The notes beneath the pieces are model-generated. The model saw only the letters and a list, made by a program, of their open reading frames with translations. It ran no database searches and had not been told where the DNA came from. DNA of 64,000 nt from an uncultured Gammaproteobacteria bacterium (GTDB lineage Bacteria > Pseudomonadota > Gammaproteobacteria > CAWCPV01), in assembly GCA_963797555.1 (NCBI GenBank), contig CAWCPV010000015.1, positions 10,585 to 74,584 on the forward strand, in the 5' to 3' direction. This document shows, piece by piece, positions 12,395 through 23,782 of the stretch; positions within the stretch are counted from its first letter, which is position 1; every line of letters begins with the position of its first letter. A program made the position numbers and the translations under genes.

Positions 12395-12582
12395 CGAAAG
12401 GTGAGGAACTGCGACGGCGAACGATCGAGGAGTTGCGAGCCGAGCTGCAAGCGTTGCTGCGTGAGCAGTTCAACCTGCGTATGCAGAAGGCCACGGGGCA
12501 GATTGGGCCGACCCATCAACTGCGCGAGGTGCGCCGAAGGATTGCGCGGCATAGGACAGTGCTGAGGGAGAAGGCAGGATAG
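12391..12582 (+). CDS. rpmC: 50S ribosomal protein L29
   Basis: [13 protein letters not shown]; operon position. Confidence 0.97.
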   Translation: MTKGEELRRRTIEELRAELQALLREQFNLRMQKATGQIGPTHQLREVRRRIARHRTVLREKAG

Positions 12583-12587
12583 CGGCC

Positions 12588-12848
12588 ATGAGCGAGCAAA
12601 CGAAGGCACTGCGCTCCGTGGTGGGGCGGGTTGTCAGCGGCAAGATGGACAAGACCATCACGGTGCTCATTGAGCGCCGCTTACCCCACCCGCTGTATCA
12701 GAAGTATGTGCGCCGGTCGACCAAGCTGCATGTCCATGACGAGGCGAATGCCTGTCAGGAAGGGGATCTCGTGAGGGTCGCGCCCTGTCGGCCGCTCTCG
12801 AAGACCAAGAGCTGGCGCCTCGTGGAGATATTGGAGAAGGCGCGCTGA
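12588..12848 (+). CDS. rpsQ: 30S ribosomal protein S17
   Basis: [20 protein letters not shown]. Confidence 0.98.
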   Translation: MSEQTKALRSVVGRVVSGKMDKTITVLIERRLPHPLYQKYVRRSTKLHVHDEANACQEGDLVRVAPCRPLSKTKSWRLVEILEKAR

Positions 12849-12872
12849 GACAGTGGGTTCGGGAGACTGACC

Positions 12873-13241
12873 GTGATCCAGATGCAAACGATGCTGGATG
12901 TGGCCGACAACAGCGGCGCACGCCGGCTGATGTGTATCAAGGTGCTGGGTGGCGCCAAGCGTCGCTATGCCGGCGTGGGCGACGTCATCAAGGTGAGCGT
13001 CAAGGACGCCATTCCCCGGGGCAAAGTCAAGAAGGGCGAGGTCTATAATGCGGTGGTGGTACGCACGCGCAAGGGCGTGCGGCGCCAGGACGGCTCGGTG
13101 GTGCGTTTCGACAGCAATGCTGCGGTGCTGCTCAATAATCAGATGCAGCCGATCGGTACTCGCATCTTCGGACCGGTGACGCGCGAGCTGCGTAGCGAGC
13201 GTTTCATGAAGATCATCTCGCTCGCGCCTGAGGTGCTTTGA
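12873..13241 (+). CDS. rplN: 50S ribosomal protein L14
   Basis: [26 protein letters not shown]. Confidence 0.99.
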   Translation: MIQMQTMLDVADNSGARRLMCIKVLGGAKRRYAGVGDVIKVSVKDAIPRGKVKKGEVYNAVVVRTRKGVRRQDGSVVRFDSNAAVLLNNQMQPIGTRIFGPVTRELRSERFMKIISLAPEVL

Positions 13242-13243
13242 CG

Positions 13244-13561
13244 ATGCGCAAGATCCGCAAAGGGGACGAGATTGTGGTCCTGGCCGGCAAGGACAAGGGG
13301 AAACGGGGGCGCGTGGTGCGTGTTGTCGACGCGGAGCATGTCATCGTCGAAAACATCAACATGGTGAAACGACACACCAAGCCCAACCCATATCGAGGAG
13401 TCTCCGGCGGCATTCTCGAGAAGGAGATGCCGATCCACGTGTCCAACGTGTCCCATTACAATCCGGGCACGGGCAAGGCGGATCGAGTGGGTTTCCGGAC
13501 GCTCGAGGACGGGCGCAAGGTGCGGTACTTCAAGTCCACGAACGAAGTCGTGGACGTGTGA
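13244..13561 (+). CDS. rplX: 50S ribosomal protein L24
   Basis: KOW motif [15 protein letters not shown]. Confidence 0.98.
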   Translation: MRKIRKGDEIVVLAGKDKGKRGRVVRVVDAEHVIVENINMVKRHTKPNPYRGVSGGILEKEMPIHVSNVSHYNPGTGKADRVGFRTLEDGRKVRYFKSTNEVVDV

Positions 13562-13575
13562 TGTAGTTCGAGGCC

Positions 13576-14115
13576 ATGGTGAGACTGCAACAGCACTATC
13601 GAGATAAGGTCGTCCCGGATCTCATGAAGAGTTTCGGCTATGCCAGCGCCATGCAGGTGCCGAAGCTATCCAAGATCACGCTCAACATGGGGGTCGGGGA
13701 GGCGGCGGCGGATAAACGCGCACTGGATCTGGCTATGGACGACTTGGCCCGCATCAGCGGGCAGAAGCCGGCGGTGACCCGCGCGCGCAAGTCTATCGCC
13801 GGTTTCAAGATACGAGCCGGGTGGCCCATAGGCTGCAAGGTTACCCTCCGCGGTGAGCGGATGTACGAGTTTCTGGATCGCCTCGTCAGCGTGGCCATCC
13901 CACGCATCCGGGACTTCCGGGGTTTCAGCGCGAAGGCCTTCGACAACCACGGGAACTACAGCCTGGGTGTCCGCGAACAGATCATTTTCCCCGAGATCGA
14001 TTACGACAAGATCGATAAGCTGCGAGGGCTGGACATTACTATCACGACCACCGCCCGGACCGACGAGGAGGGGCGCGCGCTGTTGGCGGCGTTCAACTTC
14101 CCGTTCAGGCAATGA
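13576..14115 (+). CDS. rplE: 50S ribosomal protein L5
   Basis: [26 protein letters not shown]. Confidence 0.99.
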   Translation: MVRLQQHYRDKVVPDLMKSFGYASAMQVPKLSKITLNMGVGEAAADKRALDLAMDDLARISGQKPAVTRARKSIAGFKIRAGWPIGCKVTLRGERMYEFLDRLVSVAIPRIRDFRGFSAKAFDNHGNYSLGVREQIIFPEIDYDKIDKLRGLDITITTTARTDEEGRALLAAFNFPFRQ

Positions 14116-14124
14116 GGCAAGCGC

Positions 14125-14430
14125 ATGGCTAAGGTCTCGATGATTTACCGCCAGTTGAAACGCGAGAAACTGGTCCGCAGGTTTGCCGCCAAACGCCAGG
14201 CCCTTAAGGCAAAGGTGAGTGACCCGACGGCCGAGCCGGCAGAGCGCCGCTCTGCCCAGCGACAGTTGCAGACATTACCGCGGGACGCGAGTCCGGTACG
14301 GTTGCGCAACCGCTGCCGCGTGTCCGGGCGTCCGCGGGGCTACTACCGCAGGTTCGGCCTGGGCCGTAACAAGCTGCGGGAGTCTGCCATGCGGGGAGAG
14401 ATACCCGGCTTGGTCAAGGCGAGTTGGTAG
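14125..14430 (+). CDS. rpsN: 30S ribosomal protein S14 (long, non-zinc form)
   Basis: 101 aa, [23 protein letters not shown]. Confidence 0.98.
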   Translation: MAKVSMIYRQLKREKLVRRFAAKRQALKAKVSDPTAEPAERRSAQRQLQTLPRDASPVRLRNRCRVSGRPRGYYRRFGLGRNKLRESAMRGEIPGLVKASW

Positions 14431-14441
14431 AGGAACGATCG

Positions 14442-14840
14442 ATGGCCATGACTGATCCTATCGCAGATATGCTTGCGCGCATGCGCAACGCCCAATCGGT
14501 CGGCAAACTGGAAGTGGCGATGCCGTCCTCCAAGCTGAAGGTTTCCATTGCAAAGGTGCTGGAGGAGGAGGGTTACATCCGGGACCATCGAGTGGAAGAA
14601 GATCAGGCAGGCAAGCGGACCCTTGCGATTGGCCTCAAGTATCACGCGGGTCGGCCGGTGATTGAGATGCTCCAACGGGTGAGCCGGCCGGGCGTGCGAC
14701 ATTATCACGGCTGCGCTGACCTGCCCAAGGTTCAGGGCGGCCTGGGCGTGGCGATCGTATCTACGTCCAAGGGCCTGATGAGCGACCGCGCTGCCCGGGC
14801 CGGAGGGCTCGGGGGCGAAGTCTTGTGCCTGGTCGCCTGA
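14442..14840 (+). CDS. rpsH: 30S ribosomal protein S8
   Basis: DPIADML, SRPG, STSKG, GGEVLC. Confidence 0.98.
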   Translation: MAMTDPIADMLARMRNAQSVGKLEVAMPSSKLKVSIAKVLEEEGYIRDHRVEEDQAGKRTLAIGLKYHAGRPVIEMLQRVSRPGVRHYHGCADLPKVQGGLGVAIVSTSKGLMSDRAARAGGLGGEVLCLVA

Positions 14841-14852
14841 GGAGGCTGTCGC

Positions 14853-15386
14853 ATGTCCAGGGTCGCGAAACAACCCATCCCCGTCCCGAAGGGCGTCGAC
14901 GTAAGCCTCCAGGGGCAGTCCGTTACCGTGAAGGGGCCGAAGGGGACGTTACGGCTCGACGTGGTGCCCGGAGTAAACGTGGTGCAGGAGGACAGTGTCC
15001 TAAAATGTGCCGCTGCTCGCCCGGTCGACCGCTTGCGCGCGCTGGCAGGCACGACTCGATCCCTGCTCAACAATATGGTGAAGGGGGTGACGGAGGCATA
15101 CGTCAAGCGGCTGGATCTGGTCGGCGTAGGTTATCGAGCGCAGGTGAAGGGTCGGGAGCTGAGTCTTACGCTTGGCTTTTCCCACCCAGTCACGTTTCCG
15201 ATCCCCGATGGCATCACCATAGAGACGCCTAGCCAGACCGAGGTAGTGATCACCGGGGTCGACAAGCACCAAGTTGGACAGGTGGCTGCCAACATCCGTG
15301 CCTTCCGGCCCCCGGAACCATATAAGGGCAAGGGCGTCCGTTACCGAAACGAAGCGGTGATCCTGAAGGAGGCCAAGAAGAAGTAG
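14853..15386 (+). CDS. rplF: 50S ribosomal protein L6
   Basis: [16 protein letters not shown]. Confidence 0.99.
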   Translation: MSRVAKQPIPVPKGVDVSLQGQSVTVKGPKGTLRLDVVPGVNVVQEDSVLKCAAARPVDRLRALAGTTRSLLNNMVKGVTEAYVKRLDLVGVGYRAQVKGRELSLTLGFSHPVTFPIPDGITIETPSQTEVVITGVDKHQVGQVAANIRAFRPPEPYKGKGVRYRNEAVILKEAKKK

Positions 15387-15400
15387 CGGCTGGGGAGACA

Positions 15401-15766
15401 ATGGAAAGGCGTGCAGACAAGAAGGTGGCACGGTTGCGTCGGGCCCGCAAGGCGCGTGCTCGAATCAGCCAGCTCGGCATTAGTCGGCTGTCAGTTCATC
15501 GGACGCCGCGGCACATTTATGCGCAGCTGTTTTCGCCGGACGGTGGGCGGGTCATCGCCAGCGCGTCGTCCCTGGAATCGCAGCTCCGCGGCATGAACGG
15601 CGAAGCAGGGAAGAAGGCCCTAGCGACGGCGGTTGGCCGACTCATTGCGGAGCGTTCGCAGGCCGTTGGGATTACACGGGTGGCCTTCGACCGATCCGGA
15701 TATCGGTATCACGGCCGTGTCAAAGCACTGGCCGATGCCGCGCGGGAGCACGGTTTGGAGTTCTGA
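15401..15766 (+). CDS. rplR: 50S ribosomal protein L18
   Basis: [21 protein letters not shown]. Confidence 0.98.
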   Translation: MERRADKKVARLRRARKARARISQLGISRLSVHRTPRHIYAQLFSPDGGRVIASASSLESQLRGMNGEAGKKALATAVGRLIAERSQAVGITRVAFDRSGYRYHGRVKALADAAREHGLEF

Positions 15767-15778
15767 GGGTTTGGTTGA

Positions 15779-16288
15779 ATGGCGAGCTATGATACGGACA
15801 GATCAGGGGACGGGCTGCAGGAGAAGCTGGTGGCGGTTCGCCGCGTAGCCAAAGTGGTCAAGGGCGGCCGGCAATTTGGCTTCTCGGCGCTGACCGTGGT
15901 GGGTGACGGCCAGGGCCGCGTAGGCATGGGGCGGGGGAAGGCGCGAGAGGTTCCGGTGGCCATTCAGAAAGCCCTGGAGAGTGCGCGTCGCAGTATGCGC
16001 TCCATCCCTTTGAAGGGTGCCACTTTGCAGCATGCCATCACGGCCCGATATGGTGGCACGAAGGTGATCATGCGCCCAGCATCCGAGGGTACAGGCATCA
16101 TCGCTGGCGGAGCGATGCGTGCAGTGCTGGAGGTTCTCGGAGTGCGGGACGTCTTGGCGAAGTGCATCGGCTCGACGAACCCGATCAACGTGGTCCGCGC
16201 CACACTGGCGGGACTCAGCGCCATGGTTAGCCCGGAAATCGTTGCGACCAAGCGGGGCAAGACCATTGAAGAGATTACCAACGGATAG
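15779..16288 (+). CDS. rpsE: 30S ribosomal protein S5
   Basis: [18 protein letters not shown]. Confidence 0.99.
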   Translation: MASYDTDRSGDGLQEKLVAVRRVAKVVKGGRQFGFSALTVVGDGQGRVGMGRGKAREVPVAIQKALESARRSMRSIPLKGATLQHAITARYGGTKVIMRPASEGTGIIAGGAMRAVLEVLGVRDVLAKCIGSTNPINVVRATLAGLSAMVSPEIVATKRGKTIEEITNG

Positions 16289-16291
16289 GTC

Positions 16292-16480
16292 ATGGGCGAG
16301 CCGAAGCGACTCAAGCTCACCCTGATGCGCAGTCCCGCCGGAAGGCTTGACCGCCACCAGGCGTGTGTGCGCGGCCTCGGTCTGCGCCGCTTGCATCAGA
16401 CCGTGGAGTTGGAGGATACCCCTAGCATTCGGGGCATGGTCCGACAGGTGAGTTATCTTCTGAAGGTGGAGGAACGCTAG
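16292..16480 (+). CDS. rpmD: 50S ribosomal protein L30
   Basis: [16 protein letters not shown]. Confidence 0.97.
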   Translation: MGEPKRLKLTLMRSPAGRLDRHQACVRGLGLRRLHQTVELEDTPSIRGMVRQVSYLLKVEER

Positions 16481-16483
16481 GCC

Positions 16484-16918
16484 ATGCGGTTAAATCGCAT
16501 CGCCCCTGCGCCGGGCTCTAAGCGGGTCGGCAAGCGGCTCGGCCGCGGTATTGGCTCTGGTCTGGGGAAGACGTGTGGGCGGGGTCACAAAGGCCAGCAC
16601 GCCCGTTCCGGCGGGTTGCGGAAGGTAGGCTTCGAGGGCGGGCAAATGCCTTTGCAGAGACGTCTTCCCAAGTTTGGGTTTCGTTCTCCGCATGTTGGTG
16701 AGGTGGCCGAGGTACGACTGCACGAGCTTTCAAAGGTGAAGGGCGACATCGTCGATATCGAAACCCTCCGAGCCGCCAATGTCATCGGTCGACATGTGCA
16801 GCGGGTCCGTGTCATGCGGTCGGGCACCTTAGACAGACCAGTCCGACTCAGGGGTTTGAGAGTTACCGGCGGGGCGCGGGCCGTGATCGAGGCTGCCGGC
16901 GGGGTGGTCGAGGACTAG
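16484..16918 (+). CDS. rplO: 50S ribosomal protein L15
   Basis: [26 protein letters not shown]. Confidence 0.99.
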   Translation: MRLNRIAPAPGSKRVGKRLGRGIGSGLGKTCGRGHKGQHARSGGLRKVGFEGGQMPLQRRLPKFGFRSPHVGEVAEVRLHELSKVKGDIVDIETLRAANVIGRHVQRVRVMRSGTLDRPVRLRGLRVTGGARAVIEAAGGVVED

Positions 16919-16928
16919 ACGAGGACTG

Positions 16929-18266
16929 ATGAGCGTTCCCGGTTCAGCCTTGGCCGACCTCGGGAGTCTGGGGCGGCTCACCGAGCTTCGGCACCGGCTC
17001 TTATTCGTGCTCGGGGCGCTCGTGGTGTTCAGGATCGGAGCCCACATACCGGTTCCCGGTATCGATCCCGTCGCGCTCGCCACCTTGTTCGAGCAGCACC
17101 GCGGGACCATCTTGGACATGTTCAACATGTTCTCGGGCGGTGCGCTGCGGCGACTAACGGTCTTCGCCCTCGGGGTCATGCCGTATATCTCCGCTTCCAT
17201 CATCATGCAGCTTCTAACGGTGGTGTCGCCTAGGCTCGAAGAGCTGAAGAAGGAGGGTGAGGCCGGCCGCCGCAAGATCACGCAATACACCCGCTACGGG
17301 ACGGTGGTGTTATCCAGCTTCCAGGCGTTAGGGATCGCAATTGCTCTCGAAAGTCAGCGGGCAGGCGGTATCCCGATCGTGATCGACCCTGGCCTTGGCT
17401 TCCGCTTCACTGCCGTAGTTACCTTAATGACGGGCACTATGTTCCTCATGTGGCTGGGCGAGCAAGTGACGGAACGCGGGATCGGTAACGGCATCTCTAT
17501 CATCATCTTATCGGGGATCATCGCGGGCCTTCCGTCGGCCTTGGGTGCGACCGTGGAACTGGCCCGCACGGGCGAAATGCACATCCTGACGCTGGTGTTG
17601 CTATTCGCCGTGGCCGTCGGCGTCACTGCCTTCGTGGTATTCGTAGAGCGTGGACAGAGGCGCATCACCATCAATTACGCTAGGCGACAGCAGGGACGCA
17701 AGCTTTATGCCGCGCAGTCGAGCCACCTCCCCTTGAAGGTGAATATGGCCGGGGTTATTCCACCCATCTTCGCCTCCAGCCTGATCCTGTTTCCAGCGAC
17801 CGTAGGCAGTTGGTTCGGGAGCGCCCAAGGCATGGGATGGTTGCAGGATATCTCGACTACCTTGTCTCCCGGTCAGCCCTTATACGTGATCACCTACTCC
17901 GTGGCCATCGTGTTCTTTTGCTTTTTCTATACGGCATTGGTGTTCAACCCAAAAGAGACAGCGGAGAACTTGAAGAAGTCGGGAGCCTTTATCCCAGGCA
18001 TTCGGCCCGGTGAGCAGACGGCGCGATACATTGACACCATCATGACCCGGTTGACCCTGGGCGGGGCCATCTATATCACGGCCGTATGCTTGCTGCCCGA
18101 GTTTCTGATTCTCTATTGGAACGCTCCGTTCTACTTCGGGGGTACCTCACTGCTCATCATCGTGGTAGTGGTCATGGATTTTATGGCACAGCTGCAAGCT
18201 CATTTGATGTCTCATCAGTACGAGAGCCTGTTGAAGAAGGCGAATTTGAAGGGCATCGGCCGCTGA
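16929..18266 (+). CDS. secY: Preprotein translocase SecY
   Basis: [35 protein letters not shown]. Confidence 0.99.
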   Translation: MSVPGSALADLGSLGRLTELRHRLLFVLGALVVFRIGAHIPVPGIDPVALATLFEQHRGTILDMFNMFSGGALRRLTVFALGVMPYISASIIMQLLTVVSPRLEELKKEGEAGRRKITQYTRYGTVVLSSFQALGIAIALESQRAGGIPIVIDPGLGFRFTAVVTLMTGTMFLMWLGEQVTERGIGNGISIIILSGIIAGLPSALGATVELARTGEMHILTLVLLFAVAVGVTAFVVFVERGQRRITINYARRQQGRKLYAAQSSHLPLKVNMAGVIPPIFASSLILFPATVGSWFGSAQGMGWLQDISTTLSPGQPLYVITYSVAIVFFCFFYTALVFNPKETAENLKKSGAFIPGIRPGEQTARYIDTIMTRLTLGGAIYITAVCLLPEFLILYWNAPFYFGGTSLLIIVVVVMDFMAQLQAHLMSHQYESLLKKANLKGIGR

Positions 18267-18295
18267 AGCCGGAGCGCCAAGAACGGAGATCGAGA

Positions 18296-18409
18296 ATGAA
18301 GGTTCAGCCATCGGTCAAGCGCATCTGTCGCAACTGCAAGATAATTCGTCGCAAACGGGTGGTGCGGGTGATCTGCAAGGAGGCACGTCACAAGCAGCGG
18401 CAAGGGTGA
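18296..18409 (+). CDS. rpmJ: 50S ribosomal protein L36 (zinc-ribbon form)
   Basis: [15 protein letters not shown]...C...HKQRQG. Confidence 0.97.
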   Translation: MKVQPSVKRICRNCKIIRRKRVVRVICKEARHKQRQG

Positions 18410-18415
18410 CGGGTC

Positions 18416-18443
18416 TTGCGGAAGTGGCTGGAAAGGCTATAAT
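18416..18443 (+). promoter_or_regulatory. Putative alpha-operon promoter
   Basis: TTGCGG - 16 bp - TATAAT upstream of rpsM, the position known from E. coli. Confidence 0.55.
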
Positions 18444-18491
18444 TACAGGTTCGTTGCGTCGGCTAGTCAAGGGTCGAGGGAGATCGGCATA

Positions 18492-18848
18492 ATGGCGCGC
18501 ATTGCTGGGGTGAACATTCCCGAACGCAAGCACGCGGTGATCGCGTTGCGGCACATCTACGGGATCGGTCCAAGCCGGGCGCGCCAGATCTGTCGGAACA
18601 CAGGGGTGCGTCCGGACGCCAACATCAAAGACCTTTCCGAGGCAGAGCTTGAGGCGCTGCGTGCGGAAGTCTCTAAGCACGTTGTCGAGGGCGACTTGCG
18701 ACGACAGGTGTCCATGGACATCAAGCGGCTGATGGATCTGAGTTGCTACCGGGGGCTCCGACACCGGCGCGGGTTACCCGTGCGCGGTCAGCGCACCCAT
18801 ACCAATGCGCGCACCCGTAAGGGTCCGCGCCGGATAATACGCAAGTAG
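18492..18848 (+). CDS. rpsM: 30S ribosomal protein S13
   Basis: [18 protein letters not shown]. Confidence 0.99.
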   Translation: MARIAGVNIPERKHAVIALRHIYGIGPSRARQICRNTGVRPDANIKDLSEAELEALRAEVSKHVVEGDLRRQVSMDIKRLMDLSCYRGLRHRRGLPVRGQRTHTNARTRKGPRRIIRK

Positions 18849-18859
18849 GGACGGGCGGC

Positions 18860-19249
18860 ATGGCAAAGGCGGTCACACGCGCGCGTAAGCGCGCCAAGAA
18901 GAGCGTCGTCGACGGCGTAGCGCACGTCTTCGCCTCATTCAACAACACCATCGTGACTATCACCGACCGCCAGGGAAATTCATTGGCATGGGCAAGTGCC
19001 GGCAGTTCGGGCTTTAAGGGCTCGCGCAAGAGTACGCCCTTCGCTGCACAGGTGGCCGCCCAAAAGGCGGGAAATGCGGTTGCAGAGTTCGGGATGAAGA
19101 ATCTGGAGGTGATGGTCAAGGGACCAGGACCGGGTCGCGAGTCGGCGGTCCGTGCGCTGCACGCTGCGGGCTTCAAGATATCCAACATTAGCGACGTGAC
19201 CCCGATTCCCCATAACGGGTGCCGCCCGCCGAAGAAGCGCCGCGTGTAA
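18860..19249 (+). CDS. rpsK: 30S ribosomal protein S11
   Basis: [27 protein letters not shown]. Confidence 0.99.
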   Translation: MAKAVTRARKRAKKSVVDGVAHVFASFNNTIVTITDRQGNSLAWASAGSSGFKGSRKSTPFAAQVAAQKAGNAVAEFGMKNLEVMVKGPGPGRESAVRALHAAGFKISNISDVTPIPHNGCRPPKKRRV

Positions 19250-19267
19250 GCTCAGGAGGCTCGATCG

Positions 19268-19894
19268 TTGGCCAAGTATACCGGTCCCAAGTGTCGTCTC
19301 TGTCGCCGCGAAGGTGAGAAGCTCTTCTTGAAGGGCGCCAAGTGCTACAGCAGCAAGTGCGCGGTGGAGAATCGCAGTTTCCCACCGGGGCAGCACGGGC
19401 AGCGACGCACACGCCTCTCCGATTACGCCGTGCAGCTACGAGAAAAGCAGAAGCTGCGCCGTATCTACGGGTTAATCGAGCGGCAGTTTCGGAACTATTA
19501 CGAGGAGGCGGATCGGCGCAAAGGATCCACGGGCGAAAATCTCCTGCAACTGCTGGAGTGCCGTCTCGACAATGTCGTTTATCGCATGGGATTCGGGGCC
19601 TCGCGCGCGGAGGCGCGCCAGCTATTGCGCCACAAGGCCGTGTCTGTGAACGGGCGGACTGTCAACGTGCCGTCGTACCAGGTCTCCGCAAACGCTGTCA
19701 TAGCTATCAATGAGTCGGCAGCGGGTCAGTTGCGCGTGCGTGGGGCTCTGCAGGTGGCCAGTCAGCGTGGCGCTCCGGAGTGGCTCGACGTGGAGCCGGA
19801 CAAGCTTCGGGGAGTATTCAAACGCCCGCCCGATCGCAGCGACCTGCCATCAGACATCAACGAGCACTTGGTCGTCGAGCTGTACTCCAAGTAG
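19268..19894 (+). CDS. rpsD: 30S ribosomal protein S4 (TTG start, Cys-containing N-terminus)
   Basis: CRLCRREG...C...C, LREKQK, VVELYSK. Confidence 0.99.
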   Translation: MAKYTGPKCRLCRREGEKLFLKGAKCYSSKCAVENRSFPPGQHGQRRTRLSDYAVQLREKQKLRRIYGLIERQFRNYYEEADRRKGSTGENLLQLLECRLDNVVYRMGFGASRAEARQLLRHKAVSVNGRTVNVPSYQVSANAVIAINESAAGQLRVRGALQVASQRGAPEWLDVEPDKLRGVFKRPPDRSDLPSDINEHLVVELYSK

Positions 19895-20007
19895 GTCCCG
19901 GAACGGCCGCCGCGGGCGTACCAGAGCCGCCGCGCGCTGGCGCTCCGGCTCAGCATCACTGATGGAGCCGGGGGCCGTCCTTTTCAGGATAGGTGAGGGA
20001 AGTCTCT

Positions 20008-21021
20008 ATGCAGGGCTCCGTACCAGACCTTCTAAAGCCGCGTGTCGTAAACATTCAGGCCGTGAATGCACGGCATGCCCGCGTGACGCTGGAACCGCTG
20101 GAGCGGGGTTTTGGCCACACGTTGGGAAACGCGCTGCGTCGGATACTGCTATCCTCGGTTCCAGGCAGCGCCATTGTTGCCGTCGAAATTCCCGGAGTGG
20201 TGCACGAATACTCGACCATCGAGGGCGTGCAGGAGGATGTCATCGATATCCTGTTGAACCTCAAGGGCGTGGCTTTGCGCATGCATGGCCGTGACGATGC
20301 GGTGTTGACCTTGCACAAGACCGGCCCGGGGCCGGTATGCGTTGGCGACATCGCCGTCAGCCACGACGTGGAGGTTGTGAATCCAGATCACGTGATCGCC
20401 CATCTGACCAAGCCCGTGGACCTGGATATGACGCTCAAGGTCGTGCGGGGCCAAGGATACCAGCCGGCCAGTGTCGCCGTAGTCGGTGAAGAGGCGGCGC
20501 ATCGACCCATCGGTCATCTGGCTCTGGACGCCAGCTTCAGTCCGATCCAGCGCGTGACGTACAGCGTCGAGAGCACGCGCGTGGAGCAGCGGACCGACCT
20601 CGACAAGCTGGTGATCGAGATCGAAACGAACGGCGCGGTGGGACCCGAGGAGGCGATCCGGCTGGCTGCACGCATCTTGCAAGATCAGCTTGCGGCATTT
20701 GTGGACCTCCAGGGGAAGGCCCAGAGGCCGGAGCGGCCACGTGAGGCCGGCATCGATCCGTTGCTGCTGCGCCCGGTGGACGACCTCGAGCTGACCGTGC
20801 GTTCAGCGAACTGCCTCAAGGCCGAGAATATTTTCTATATTGGCGACTTGATACAACGCACGGAGGCCGAGCTGCTCAAGACGCCCAATCTGGGTAAGAA
20901 GTCACTCACCGAGATCAAAGAGATCCTCGCGAGTCACGGGCTGTCGCTGGGAATGAAGCTCGAGAACTGGCCGCCGCCCGGGCTGAGCGAGCAAGAAGAT
21001 CCGGAACATGCACCCGCGTGA
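20008..21021 (+). CDS. rpoA: RNA polymerase alpha subunit
   Basis: [33 protein letters not shown]. Confidence 0.99.
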   Translation: MQGSVPDLLKPRVVNIQAVNARHARVTLEPLERGFGHTLGNALRRILLSSVPGSAIVAVEIPGVVHEYSTIEGVQEDVIDILLNLKGVALRMHGRDDAVLTLHKTGPGPVCVGDIAVSHDVEVVNPDHVIAHLTKPVDLDMTLKVVRGQGYQPASVAVVGEEAAHRPIGHLALDASFSPIQRVTYSVESTRVEQRTDLDKLVIEIETNGAVGPEEAIRLAARILQDQLAAFVDLQGKAQRPERPREAGIDPLLLRPVDDLELTVRSANCLKAENIFYIGDLIQRTEAELLKTPNLGKKSLTEIKEILASHGLSLGMKLENWPPPGLSEQEDPEHAPA

Positions 21022-21061
21022 AACCTGCCCATCAGTGCGGCCCGTGACAGGGGATTGACCT

Positions 21062-21430
21062 ATGCGACACCGTAACGTCGGTCGTTATCTGGGCCGTCCC
21101 ACCGGCCATCGGGAGGCGATGCTGGCAAATCTGGCGGCATCGCTGATGCGTCACGAATCCATCAAGACTACGCTTCCCAGGGCCAAGGAGCTTAGGCGCA
21201 TTGCCGAACCTCTCATCACCCTCGCAAAGTCCGACAGCGTTGCACGCCGGCGGCTGGCCTTCGCCAGACTGCGGAATCGCGATGTGGTGACCAAGCTCTT
21301 CAACGAGCTCGGACCGCGTTATCGCGAGCGTCCGGGCGGTTACCTGCGCATCATCAAGGCCGGCTATCGGCGGGGCGACAGCGCACCGGTCGCCATCGTG
21401 GAGCTGGTCGATCGACCCGAGGAGGCGTAA
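21062..21430 (+). CDS. rplQ: 50S ribosomal protein L17
   Basis: [24 protein letters not shown]. Confidence 0.99.
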   Translation: MRHRNVGRYLGRPTGHREAMLANLAASLMRHESIKTTLPRAKELRRIAEPLITLAKSDSVARRRLAFARLRNRDVVTKLFNELGPRYRERPGGYLRIIKAGYRRGDSAPVAIVELVDRPEEA

Positions 21431-21452
21431 GGTTTCCGCGCCGACGCTACGC

Positions 21453-21480
21453 AGAAGCCGGGACATTCCCGGCTTCTCTG
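21453..21480 (+). terminator. Hairpin terminator after rplQ
   Basis: AGAAGCCGGGA-cat-TCCCGGCTTCT 11-bp stem; weak U-tract. Confidence 0.6.
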
Positions 21481-21546
21481 TGTGAGATCTAAGCTCCTGG
21501 ACGGCGCCGCAATTGCGTTCCGGGGCCGGAAAGAGCGCTTACACGC

Positions 21547-22281
21547 ATGCCCATGGTCGTGTTGTTCACTGACTTCGGCATGTGCGGCCCTTATGTCGGA
21601 CAGGTTAAAGCAGTGCTGCATCAGCAGGCCCCGGAGGCGTTCGTTGTCGACCTTTTCGCGGATGCGCCGGTCTGCGCGCCTCAACCGTCGGCCTACCTCC
21701 TCGCCGCCTATGTGGGGGAGTTCCCGGCCGGGACCATCTTCCTGTGCGTGGTGGACCCAGGGGTGGGAAGTGAGCGGCGAGGCGCTGTGGCCAGGGCCGA
21801 TGAGCGTTGGTATGTCGGGCCGGATAATGGCCTGTTTACCCCCGTTGCGCGGCGCGCGCACGACGTCCAGTGGTGGGATATCCTTTGGCGACCCGAGCGT
21901 TTGTCTGCCACCTTTCATGGACGCGATGTGTTTGCTCCGGTCGCCGCTTGCCTGGCCAGGGGCGAGCCATGCCCCGGTGCTGCTGTCGACTGGAGACAAC
22001 GCATTGCCCCCGAGTGGCCGGACGATCTGCCCCAGGTCGTATATATCGATCGCTTCGGTAACGCAATGACCGGCCTACGGGCCGCTGGTGTGCCCCAAAG
22101 TGACGCCCTTGTGGTGGGCGGCCGAAACGTGCGCTATGCCCGCACCTACGCCGATGTCCCGGCCGGGGAGGCATTCTGGTACGCCAATGCCAATGGGCTG
22201 CTCGAGATCGCCGTCAGCCGGGGTAACGCCGCCAAGGACTTGGGCTTGTCTGTGGGCGCCCCAGTGTGTCTGAGGCGGTGA
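21547..22281 (+). CDS. SAM hydroxide adenosyltransferase / SAM-dependent chlorinase-fluorinase family (DUF62)
   Basis: LFTDFG, VVDPGVGS, VGPDNG, SATFHGRDVFAP, YIDRFGN, LEIAV. Confidence 0.92.
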   Translation: MPMVVLFTDFGMCGPYVGQVKAVLHQQAPEAFVVDLFADAPVCAPQPSAYLLAAYVGEFPAGTIFLCVVDPGVGSERRGAVARADERWYVGPDNGLFTPVARRAHDVQWWDILWRPERLSATFHGRDVFAPVAACLARGEPCPGAAVDWRQRIAPEWPDDLPQVVYIDRFGNAMTGLRAAGVPQSDALVVGGRNVRYARTYADVPAGEAFWYANANGLLEIAVSRGNAAKDLGLSVGAPVCLRR

Positions 22282-22438
22282 GCGCGCCAGTGGATTCTAG
22301 GCCGCCGCATGTAGGTGCGTGGATACTCGGCAAGGCTATTCGGCCGTCGGCCCATTCCGTTTTCTACTCGTTGTCGCGGCCCGAATGTGTTTAGTTTGCT
22401 GGCATCGCGAGAATGTCGAGCGTCATGAGGTAGCTGTC

Positions 22439-23104
22439 ATGCACATCGATGCCGTGAAGAAGGCATATCGCCGTTACGCTAACATCTACGACGCAGTGTT
22501 CGGGTCCATCCTCCATCCTGCTCGTAAGGCTGTGATTCACGTTCTCAACTGTCAGCCCGGCGAGCGTATACTGGAGGTCGGAGTCGGAACGGGCCTTTCA
22601 CTGGCCCTATATCCACCCAACGTCCGAGTCATCGGCATCGATATCTCCGCGGAGATGCTCGCCAAGGCGCGTGTGCGCGTGGCGCGCCAGCGTCTGAAGA
22701 ATGTTGAAGCGCTGCGGGAGATGGACGCCGAGGCGATGCGGTTCGACGACCATTCCTTTGACAAGGTCGTCGCGATGTACGTGGCCTCGGTCGTTCCAAG
22801 TCCCACGCGCCTCGTCGAAGAGATGCGTCGCGTTTGTCGGCCGAGTGGTGAGATGGTCATCGTGAATCACTTTCGCTCCCGCCAGCCGTTGCTCCGGACT
22901 ATCGAGGATGCGCTGGCTCCGCTGTCTCGGTTGGCGGGTTTCCGTCCCGACTTCGACCTGGGCGAGTTTCTGCGCTCGACCCGGCTGGATGTGGCCGAGA
23001 TGAAGCCCGCGAACCTGCTCGGCTACTGGAAAATCCTGCATTGCCATCCGCGGCCGCTGGCGGCTATGACGGGGGGTGAGGCCCGCGCGCCGATGGCGGC
23101 GTGA
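22439..23104 (+). CDS. Phospholipid N-methyltransferase, PmtA-like class I SAM methyltransferase
   Basis: AYRRYA..YD..FG, LEVGVGTGLSL, AMYVASVVP, IVNHF. Confidence 0.8.
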   Translation: MHIDAVKKAYRRYANIYDAVFGSILHPARKAVIHVLNCQPGERILEVGVGTGLSLALYPPNVRVIGIDISAEMLAKARVRVARQRLKNVEALREMDAEAMRFDDHSFDKVVAMYVASVVPSPTRLVEEMRRVCRPSGEMVIVNHFRSRQPLLRTIEDALAPLSRLAGFRPDFDLGEFLRSTRLDVAEMKPANLLGYWKILHCHPRPLAAMTGGEARAPMAA

Positions 23105-23782
23105 AACCGTGCGTAGCGGCTTATCACGCTCACATCCAATGGGCTGCGCTCGCCCGCGAGGAAGCGAGTGTTTCGCTGGCTACAGCCCGTGTGGCGAGAG
23201 CAGGACGATCTGTGCCAAGGCGTGGCGGGCGTCGGAGCAGGATTCTCCCGCTCTCTGATCGCAGAGCTACCCCGCAGTTGCCTGTCATGCTTGATAGCAA
23301 ACACGGTTGCTCTCCCGCAAGCGGGCGAGGGGGATTTTGCGGCGCCTACGGCGCACTTTCACGTTAATTCGTTAATTAAAGAGTAATCATTTTCCAAACC
23401 TGCGCTGCTTGCGTAGTCGCGCGGAATCGCTTGCGGCGGATCGTCCTTCCCCGGGTTGGCGGGAGACTCACCAAGCGCGCAGAACGCTTGTTGGTGGCGG
23501 GCTCCATGACCCTTATCGGACGGTTGTCCACGGATATCCACAAGAACTGTGGAGATCTCAAGCCGGGCCGATGCGGCTCGAACTCCGCTCTACCGGCAGG
23601 CGGGGACTCGGGCAGGCCCTACGCTGTCTCTCTCCCCCGGTGTAAAAGAATCTCGGTTGCCATCAAACTCCGGCTTCAGGGGTCGGTCTAATTCTTTAAG
23701 TAAGGTGCGAGGATTTTTCCTCGCCCCGGGGAGGAGCACGCAAGAAAGCCTGGGGCGAGGCGGGCGTTCGCGCGGAGGCGTG

